DNA of 64,000 nt from assembly GCA_964596395.1 (NCBI GenBank), contig CAZQSY010000002.1, positions 34,339 through 98,338 of the forward strand, in the 5' to 3' direction. Made by a program: the position numbers and the translations under genes. Numbering within the stretch: position 1 is the first letter of the stretch; every line of letters starts with the position of its first letter. Origin of the DNA: an uncultured Candidatus Saccharibacteria bacterium. Its GTDB lineage: Bacteria > Patescibacteriota > Minisyncoccia > Phycocordibacterales > UBA9973. Below are positions 29,479 through 36,047 of the stretch, piece after piece. A model generated the notes under the pieces. That model had not been told where the DNA came from. It saw only the letters and a list, made by a program, of their open reading frames with translations, and did no database searches.

Positions 29479-30511
29479 CGAGCGATTCCCTCAAGGTAAT
29501 TTCCGGCACATTTTCCTCCACGCCTCCGATGTTCACCCACACATTGGCCAGTTCCACCGGTGTTTTCAAACTCACCGAAAGATATTCAGTAAGACCGATA
29601 AGATTCGAGTCCCCTCCGCACAAAAGAACTTTTTTAATCGGAGGCCTGTCTTTTCCTTCTTCATCTTTATGCGTGTGCCAATATAAAAAATGCTTGACCA
29701 CTTCATCCCGCAAAACAGACACAGCGTTCAAGAGAACCGAAAAGGTCTCGGTATTTTCCGAGCCACGCCGAAGGCCGAATTCTTTTTTCTTTTTTTCCGC
29801 CTCTTCAAAACTTACTTTAAAGTTCTTTTCAATCATCTCTGAGAGCATCGCTCCCCCCAAATCCAAAGTCGAAGTAAACACAGCCGCTCCGCCGGAAATG
29901 ACAAAAATTCCGGTGCGCTTCTTGCCAAAATCGACAATCATGTACGTGCCCGGGTCGCCTTTTTTCACGACGCATCGGGCAATCGCCTGCGCTTCAAGCT
30001 CGAAAGAATTGGCCGACATCTTTGAGCTTCTAAAAACAGACAGGTATTCTTCGATTACATTTTTGGATATGGCGGCCACCTGTAATTTCAGATCCTTTTC
30101 GTCTTCACCTAATTTTTCGTAGTCGAAAATGGCTTCCTCGGGAGGAATGGGTATGTATTCTTCGAGCGAAAGTTCGATTCCCTCGCGCAAGTTCTCCAAA
30201 CCGTCTTTGCCAAGTTTTAAATTAAAAAGATAAACCTGTTCCTCGGGCAAGGAAACACGCACCGATTTTATTCCCTCTTCTTGCCGCAAAGAGTCCAAGA
30301 TTCTCCCCATTTTATCTATATCCCTTATCTTCCCGCTCTCAATAATCCCGGAGGGAATTTTCCTCTCTCCGTACCGGCGCACCCGGATACCGTCTTTTTC
30401 TTTTGCCAGTTCTGCAAATTTTATTGATTCGTCCGAAATATCTAATCCGAAAGACGGCGTGGCCAGGAAACTAGGTGTCGGAAAAAACCTGCTGAAAGTT
30501 TCGGCTAACAT
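29429..30511 (-). CDS. pilM: type IV pilus assembly ATPase-fold protein PilM
   Basis: actin-like fold protein; FGLDISDESIKFAEL N-terminus typical of PilM. Confidence 0.8.
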   Translation of the reverse strand: MLAETFSRFFPTPSFLATPSFGLDISDESIKFAELAKEKDGIRVRRYGERKIPSGIIESGKIRDIDKMGRILDSLRQEEGIKSVRVSLPEEQVYLFNLKLGKDGLENLREGIELSLEEYIPIPPEEAIFDYEKLGEDEKDLKLQVAAISKNVIEEYLSVFRSSKMSANSFELEAQAIARCVVKKGDPGTYMIVDFGKKRTGIFVISGGAAVFTSTLDLGGAMLSEMIEKNFKVSFEEAEKKKKEFGLRRGSENTETFSVLLNAVSVLRDEVVKHFLYWHTHKDEEGKDRPPIKKVLLCGGDSNLIGLTEYLSVSLKTPVELANVWVNIGGVEENVPEITLRESLGAAAALGLALGDFEHD

Positions 30512-30529
30512 GAGAATATTATAACACTT

Positions 30530-30868
30530 TTATTTTGCCCTGGTGCCAGCCGGAATTTTATCGTCGGGTTCCAGTAGAGAAAAATTTCCGTTGTCGTCCG
30601 AAAGGGCGAAAAGCATTCCGTTCGATTCAAGCCCGCGGATTACCCGCGGTTCGAGATTTGCCACAAACATGCATTTTTTTCCCGCCAGCACCGAGCAGTC
30701 GGGAAAATATTCAGAAATGCCCGAGACAATCTGCCGCGGCTCCGGCTCGCCCAGGTCAACCGAGAGCTTCAAGAGCTTCTCGGTGTCGGGAACTTTTTCG
30801 GCTGAAAGAATTTTCCCGACCGCAATTTCAACTTTTTTAAAATCTTCTAGAGTAATCATGTTTACCAA
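30530..30868 (-). CDS. tRNA-binding domain protein (CsaA/Trbp111-like)
   Basis: VGKILSAEKVPDTEKLLKLSVDLGE...QIVSG matches the OB-fold tRNA-binding domain. Confidence 0.75.
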   Translation of the reverse strand: MVNMITLEDFKKVEIAVGKILSAEKVPDTEKLLKLSVDLGEPEPRQIVSGISEYFPDCSVLAGKKCMFVANLEPRVIRGLESNGMLFALSDDNGNFSLLEPDDKIPAGTRAK

Positions 30869-30912
30869 GATTTTTGAAATATACTTTCTCGCAAGTGATA
30901 TTTCAAAAATCT

Positions 30913-31299
30913 TTACGTGTTTATTTTATCCAGATATCGCTGAAGTATCAAGGCCGCCGCGGAAGCATCTACCGGCTCGCCGTTATCCTGATAACGGCGA
31001 GCCTCTACCGAAGTCATAAATTCTTTTTGAAAATGAACCGGCAGAGAAAAATTCTTCCGCAGCTTTTCTGAAAACTCGCTGATTTCGCCCATTATTTCGT
31101 TGGCTCCTCCCGAGTAATCAAGCGATTCGCCTATCACAATCTGCGAAATACCCTCCTCGCTGATTATCTCCCCTGCGCGCTTCAGCGCATCCTTGCCGTT
31201 TCGCAAGACCTCTTTTGGGAATGCGAATTTCCCGCCCTCATCCGATAGGGCCAGGCCTATTTTCTTTTTCCCGTAATCAACGCCCAGGAACTTTCCCAT
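30913..31299 (-). CDS. ruvX: putative pre-16S rRNA nuclease / Holliday junction resolvase-like YqgF
   Basis: GVDYGKKKIGLALSD N-terminus, 128 aa. Confidence 0.85.
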   Translation of the reverse strand: MGKFLGVDYGKKKIGLALSDEGGKFAFPKEVLRNGKDALKRAGEIISEEGISQIVIGESLDYSGGANEIMGEISEFSEKLRKNFSLPVHFQKEFMTSVEARRYQDNGEPVDASAAALILQRYLDKINT

Positions 31300-31347
31300 G
31301 GTTAATTCATGTTAACACGGAAACCTCTTGGTGGTATAATATCTGCC

Positions 31348-31593
31348 ATGAACGACTTAAATTTTTTCTTAGCAGGCAGGTGGGAACTTATCCCTATTTT
31401 AGTATGGACGCTGTTTTGGAAGGGATATTCGCTATGGGTGGCCGCCAAGGCGAACCAGAATAAATGGTTTATCGCCCTTTTGGTGTTAAACACTTTCGGC
31501 ATCTTAGACATCATTTACATATTCTTCGTCGCCAAAAAGCGCTGGGAAGATATCAAGGCGATTTTCACGCGAACAAGCTCGCCGAACTTGTAA
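31348..31593 (+). CDS. small membrane protein (hypothetical)
   Basis: two predicted TM helices. Confidence 0.35.
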   Translation: MNDLNFFLAGRWELIPILVWTLFWKGYSLWVAAKANQNKWFIALLVLNTFGILDIIYIFFVAKKRWEDIKAIFTRTSSPNL

Positions 31594-31627
31594 AAGATGA
31601 GAGCAGAAAATTATTCTTTTTTGCTTT

Positions 31628-32155
31628 TTGTGGTATACTGGATTAGTGCCTGAGGACTACAGAAGAAACCCAAATACTAGCTGTATAGTTTGCAAAAAGG
31701 CAATTTACAGAAGACCTAGTGAGATAGAAACCAATGAAGGACGGGTTTTTTGTAGTGTACTTTGTTACGGGATTGGTTGTAGAAAGGAAAAACCATGTTC
31801 AGTTTGCGGAAAACTAATCTTAGCAAGATTTAATAAAAAAACTTGCAGTAGAGGCTGCGCCAATAAACACAGGGAGGGTATTAAATACAAAATCGGCAGA
31901 CCTAAAGATAAAGCCGTAATGTTCAGAGCGTTGAAGTTGAGGTTGATGAGAGAAAGGGGTAAAAAATGCGAGCGTTGCGGCTACAGTAAGTATGAAATTT
32001 TGCAAGTGCATCATAAAAATAGAAATAGGTTGGACAATCGGACCGAAAACCTAGAGATAATTTGTCCTAATTGTCATTACGAGGAACATCTATTGAAGAA
32101 GAGCTGGCTTAACGATATTGTTGAAAAAGAGACAGAAAATAATATACTGGGCTAG
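31628..32155 (+). CDS. HNH endonuclease with N-terminal Cys-rich zinc-finger region
   Basis: CERCGY...LQVHHKNRNRLDNRTENLEIICPNCH HNH motif; AT-rich relative to neighbours. Confidence 0.8.
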   Translation: MWYTGLVPEDYRRNPNTSCIVCKKAIYRRPSEIETNEGRVFCSVLCYGIGCRKEKPCSVCGKLILARFNKKTCSRGCANKHREGIKYKIGRPKDKAVMFRALKLRLMRERGKKCERCGYSKYEILQVHHKNRNRLDNRTENLEIICPNCHYEEHLLKKSWLNDIVEKETENNILG

Positions 32156-32167
32156 AATTAATTAAAA

Positions 32168-32253
32168 GGAGGGTTGCGCCGAATGGTAAGGCACTTGTCT
32201 TGAAAACAAGCGGGCGAAAGCCCTTAGAGGTTCGAGTCCTCTACCCTCCGCCA
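32168..32253 (+). tRNA. tRNA-Ser (TGA), long variable arm
   Basis: GGAGGGT acceptor stem, anticodon loop CTTGAAA, encoded CCA. Confidence 0.8.
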
Positions 32254-32271
32254 ATCCACTTAATATAACCC

Positions 32272-32799
32272 ATGATTTTCTGTCAAAATGTTTTAAGGTT
32301 CAATCCAGAATGGATTTCCGCGATAGCAACCTCTGTGGCAGTCCTTTTTGGTTTTTATGAATATTACTTTCGTCGTAGACCTTATCTAAAGATGGAAGTC
32401 GACATACAAGAACGAAAAGGAGTTTTCTTTTTTATTGGAAGGATAGTCAATTTTGGTAATACGCCTGCTTACTTTTGGTTAGATAAAGAAAAAATAGAAA
32501 TAAAAATAGGCGACGAGATATATTTTTCCGAAAAAGACACAAATGGATATGCTTTTCCCAACGAGCAGCAACCTCCATTTATTGAATTAGGAAAAGTATA
32601 TGAGCTTGGTAAAAATAAGTTAATCAAGGGTGAATACAAAGATAATACAGCTCATTTAGACGTTTTACTGAATTACCAATCTTATCGTTTAAAGTGGAAA
32701 ACATATAAGTTTCATTTGAAGTATGGTATAAAATTTTCGGATGGAAGTAACGGTGAACCTAGGGCACTTGTATTTATCTTGAGTCAAGAATTTATATAA
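32272..32799 (+). CDS. hypothetical protein (AT-rich, possibly horizontally acquired)
   Basis: ORF only; AT-rich composition; immediately 3' of tRNA-Ser. Confidence 0.4.
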   Translation: MIFCQNVLRFNPEWISAIATSVAVLFGFYEYYFRRRPYLKMEVDIQERKGVFFFIGRIVNFGNTPAYFWLDKEKIEIKIGDEIYFSEKDTNGYAFPNEQQPPFIELGKVYELGKNKLIKGEYKDNTAHLDVLLNYQSYRLKWKTYKFHLKYGIKFSDGSNGEPRALVFILSQEFI

Positions 32800-32819
32800 T
32801 AACGAACGTAATTTGTGTA

Positions 32820-33428
32820 ATGGCCCAAATAAAAATTCTTTTCGAGGGTTACGCCAAGAAGACCGAAGATGGCTGGGTGGCGAATTCGACCTGTTGTTTG
32901 ATTGAATCCGGCGGCCCGCCTGCGGAACGGGCAGGAAAAAAAATAATCACCGACCCGGGCTGTAACCGGGATTTGCTTCTGCGCGCTCTGGAAAAAGAAA
33001 AATTAAAAACAAGCGATGTTGATTTTGTTTTCCTCTCCCACCAGCACCCCGACCATATTCTGCTTGCCGGAATTTTTGAAAACGCAAAATACGTGACTTT
33101 CGACTCAAATCTGGCATACGATAGAGATAAACTTTTTGAGTTTGAAAAAAATATTCTGGGCGAAGATATAGAAATCATAGAAACCCCCGGCCACGTGCTC
33201 GAGCACCTTTCGCTTCTAGTAGACACCCCCGAAGGCAAAGTCGCCGTCGCGGGCGATGTTTTCTTCTGGCTCGACGGCGAAGAGCAGGTGGTAGATGTAA
33301 ACCGCATGGACCCGGCCGGGGCCAAAGGCATGGATATGAAAGCCCTGATTCAAAGCCGCAAGAAACTTTTGTCGCTCTCAGACCACATCATCCCCGGCCA
33401 CGGAAAAATGTTCAAAGTGGAAAAGTAG
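32820..33428 (+). CDS. MBL-fold metallo-hydrolase
   Basis: HQHPDH zinc-binding motif. Confidence 0.8.
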   Translation: MAQIKILFEGYAKKTEDGWVANSTCCLIESGGPPAERAGKKIITDPGCNRDLLLRALEKEKLKTSDVDFVFLSHQHPDHILLAGIFENAKYVTFDSNLAYDRDKLFEFEKNILGEDIEIIETPGHVLEHLSLLVDTPEGKVAVAGDVFFWLDGEEQVVDVNRMDPAGAKGMDMKALIQSRKKLLSLSDHIIPGHGKMFKVEK

Positions 33429-33446
33429 CGAAACTCGTTGAGGCGT

Positions 33447-33535
33447 AGCTTAAAAAGGGGGTTTGCCGAGTGGCGGCGAGGTAACTTCAGGAATTTTTAA
33501 GCTTCAAAAATTCCGTACCCTTTTTAAGCTACGCC
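33447..33535. repeat. structured repeat: 18-bp perfect inverted repeat enclosing a conserved 63-nt core (copy 1)
   Basis: GGCGTAGCTTAAAAAGGG ... core GGGGTTTGCCGAGTGGCGGCGAGGTAACTTCAGGAATTTTTAAGCTTCAAAAATTCCGTACCC ... CCCTTTTTAAGCTACGCC. Confidence 0.7.
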
Positions 33536-33568
33536 GATGAAGAGTTTCGTGATTCAAAGTAAAATATA

Positions 33569-34051
33569 TTGTATAATATTGTCATGGATAAAGACAAAAA
33601 ATTAGAATGGACGGCCCTCGAATACGAAGAGAAAGACCGAGGCAAGGATTGGTTCTGGGCGCTCGGCATTATCATCGCGGCAAGTTCGGCCGCCGCCTTT
33701 ATTTACGGCAATTATTTTTTCGGCCTCTTCCTCATCTTAAGCGGCGCGCTCACGTGGCTTTTCGCCTTAAAAAAACCGGATTTGGTTTTTTACGAGATGA
33801 ACGAAAAAGGCCTCATGATACGAAACCGCTTGTACCCTTACGAAGACATAAAAGCTTTTTGGATAGAGACAGAGAAGCACGAGCCGACGCTTTTTATCAA
33901 GACAGACCGGGGCTTCATGCCGATTATTCCGGTACCGATGCGCGAAGACCTGGCCGGCGAAGCGAGAGAGGCAATGTTAAAACACAAAGTGCCCGAAGAA
34001 GAAATGAAAATGCATTTCTCGGAGAAGATAATGGAGTACTTGGGGTTTTAG
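33569..34051 (+). CDS. hypothetical membrane protein
   Basis: two TM helices; no motif. Confidence 0.45.
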   Translation: MYNIVMDKDKKLEWTALEYEEKDRGKDWFWALGIIIAASSAAAFIYGNYFFGLFLILSGALTWLFALKKPDLVFYEMNEKGLMIRNRLYPYEDIKAFWIETEKHEPTLFIKTDRGFMPIIPVPMREDLAGEAREAMLKHKVPEEEMKMHFSEKIMEYLGF

Positions 34052-34118
34052 CAATATATTAAAGCCTCCTTGCTTGTTGATTTGAACTGTAGTACACTGG
34101 TACTAGTACACAAATACT

Positions 34119-34898
34119 ATGGTTCGTAAAACCTATAAAATTGACCTGAAGAACAAGGCGGAGGAACTAAGGAGAAATGGTTGTAGCTACAAGCAAATAT
34201 ACAACAGGTTAAAAATACCGAAGAGTACTTTATCCACTTGGTTCGGCTCTAAATATCCAGGTGTGTTTGACCGGAAAAAGCAGCTGGAGCACCTGGCTCG
34301 AGTAAGACTAATATCACTTAAAAGAAGAAAGGAGAAGAAAAATTTAGAACAATCAGAACTGGAAAGAAAAGTAGCCAGCGAAATAAGATATTACCCAACA
34401 CGAAATATAGGATTTTTAAAATCGGTGCTGTCTGCCTTGTACTGGGCAGAAGGAGGCAAGTATCGCGGAAGCCCGGTTGTTTTCACCAATACTGATCCAA
34501 AACTCGCAAAATTATTTATAACCTTACTAAGAAAATGCTATAGCGTAGACGAGAAAAAACTCAGAATACGCTTGCACTTGCATCATTATCATTCTGAGGA
34601 AAAAAGTAAAAGGTTCTGGTCAAGGTTACTTGATGTGCCCTTAAGTCAGTTTGGCAAAATTTACATAAAGAAAAGAAGTAACTCAAGAAAATTTAGAGAA
34701 AATTTTATGGGAATATGTTTTATAAAATATTATGATAATATGCTTCAGAAAGAAATAATGGTCCTGGCAAACCAATTATCTGAGAAAATAACATGCCCCC
34801 GTAGTTCAATGGATAGAACACGACTTTGCGGAAGTCGTGATGCAGGTTCGATTCCTGCCGGGAGCACCACAATAAAGCTAGAAACAGCAGAGTTTTAG
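34119..34898 (+). CDS. HTH-containing homing-endonuclease-like protein (possible LAGLIDADG-type); the ORF reads through the downstream tRNA-Arg
   Basis: N-terminal HTH (CSYKQIYNRLKIPKSTLSTW); LSALYWAEGGKY...VVFTNTD resembles a single LAGLIDADG motif; no in-frame stop before the tRNA gene. Confidence 0.35.
   Translation: MVRKTYKIDLKNKAEELRRNGCSYKQIYNRLKIPKSTLSTWFGSKYPGVFDRKKQLEHLARVRLISLKRRKEKKNLEQSELERKVASEIRYYPTRNIGFLKSVLSALYWAEGGKYRGSPVVFTNTDPKLAKLFITLLRKCYSVDEKKLRIRLHLHHYHSEEKSKRFWSRLLDVPLSQFGKIYIKKRSNSRKFRENFMGICFIKYYDNMLQKEIMVLANQLSEKITCPRSSMDRTRLCGSRDAGSIPAGSTTIKLETAEF
34794..34868 (+). tRNA. tRNA-Arg (GCG), one acceptor-stem mismatch
   Basis: GCCCCCGTAGTTCAATGGATAGAAC..., anticodon loop TTGCGGA, encoded CCA. 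Confidence 0.65.
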
Positions 34899-34996
34899 CC
34901 GGAAAAAGCAAAAACCTTTCCTACCCTTGTAATTTAAGGATATTTTCATAGTATATATACCCGGGTGATTCCAAGGTATTGAACCATAACGACCCC

Positions 34997-35025
34997 TTGA
35001 CTTTTGGGGTGAAAGGTGCTATACT
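34997..35025 (+). promoter_or_regulatory. near-consensus sigma70 promoter (TTGACT-17-TATACT)
   Basis: exact 17-nt spacer; about 105 nt upstream of the ATG at 35133, which has a strong AAGGAG RBS. Confidence 0.55.
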
Positions 35026-35132
35026 ATATGCAGACAAATCAAAGAAGCCAGGTGCTAGTTTAGGCTTGGCTTCAAGCACGTTGTTAATATAGGCCCTGGC
35101 GCAAGCCGAGGCCAAAATTAAGGAGTTTTACG

Positions 35133-35807
35133 ATGAAAAAGCTGATGCTCGCCGCTCTCGCGGCCATGACGGTCACCTGTGCGACCGCGAATGCGCAGGA
35201 CTTAACGAAAGCAAAAATCGACTCCTTGGTCTGTTTTTTCGACCTCGGGTCGTCGGTGGTGACCGGCTCGCATCAATTGCCGGCCAACACCGAAGTCCTC
35301 GGCATCTATGCCGGGGCAGACGAGGCCGAATGGGTAAACTTCGGCACGTCGGTTTCGAAGGCCCTTGACGGGGGCCTGATCGTTGACCGAGCCAGAAACT
35401 TTGGCCAGGCCGTCGGTCTGAAGAAATTTTTTGTCGGCACGCTTGTCGAAAGACAGCGAGTCGCCAAAATTTTTTATCGTCACTTGCCGGTCAGGCCGAC
35501 AGCCGCGGACACGGCGAACGCAATCGCGGTGGCAACGGAGGCGGGTCGGCAGGTTGCGCAAGCAATCGCCGAAAACCCCTTCGGGCAAGGCGGGAAGTTG
35601 ACCTTCAACCCCCGCCCCGGAAAAGGTTTCATTCTTTTCCGGCCGTTCGTGGCGGCGTACCGTTGGGTGCAACGGCACCCCACGGAAGCAATAATTGGGA
35701 CCGCGGTAGTTGCGACGACCGCCCTGTTCCTCCCGGAACAGGGGAAGGATACCGTCACGACGACGGTAATCCTCCCTCAACCGAGGGATCACGGCACAGA
35801 TAGGTAA
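35133..35807 (+). CDS. secreted hypothetical protein encoded in a GC-rich (about 60%) island
   Basis: signal peptide MKKLMLAALAAMTVTCATANAQ; strong RBS; GC content much higher than flanks; an overlapping antisense ORF is also open because of the high GC. Confidence 0.5.
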   Translation: MKKLMLAALAAMTVTCATANAQDLTKAKIDSLVCFFDLGSSVVTGSHQLPANTEVLGIYAGADEAEWVNFGTSVSKALDGGLIVDRARNFGQAVGLKKFFVGTLVERQRVAKIFYRHLPVRPTAADTANAIAVATEAGRQVAQAIAENPFGQGGKLTFNPRPGKGFILFRPFVAAYRWVQRHPTEAIIGTAVVATTALFLPEQGKDTVTTTVILPQPRDHGTDR

Positions 35808-35991
35808 ACAATCGACGAGGACAACTAAATGGCCCCGTCGGGAGAGTGGGACGCAAATCAATGCAAACTTCTCTCCCACTCTCTAGAGACATGGACAGCC
35901 ACGATAATGTCCATATCTGTAGAGAGTGAAAACGACAGTTTTTACTTTTCCGCCCTTTCGGCGGATCGCCGATGAGGCAATTATATTCTAT

Positions 35992-36020
35992 TTGACACAT
36001 GTTGATAAATATGTTATAAT
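35992..36020 (+). promoter_or_regulatory. consensus sigma70 promoter with extended -10 (TTGACA-17-TGTTATAAT)
   Basis: perfect -35 and -10 hexamers, 17-nt spacer, about 28 nt upstream of the ATG of the 813-aa surface protein. Confidence 0.65.
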
Positions 36021-36047
36021 AGAATTGTATATTAGATTTATTAAAAT

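Noticed and set aside
32168-32253. Possible tRNA-Sec because of the long variable arm and TGA-like anticodon
   Set aside because: The anticodon is 5'-TGA-3', which reads the UCA Ser codon. tRNA-Sec would have TCA. It is a standard class II tRNA-Ser.
35202-35879. 225-aa minus-strand ORF in the GC-rich island
   Set aside because: The high GC content opens multiple frames. The plus-strand ORF has a signal peptide, a strong RBS and an upstream promoter, so the minus ORF is probably a shadow. The call is uncertain because the island itself may be foreign.
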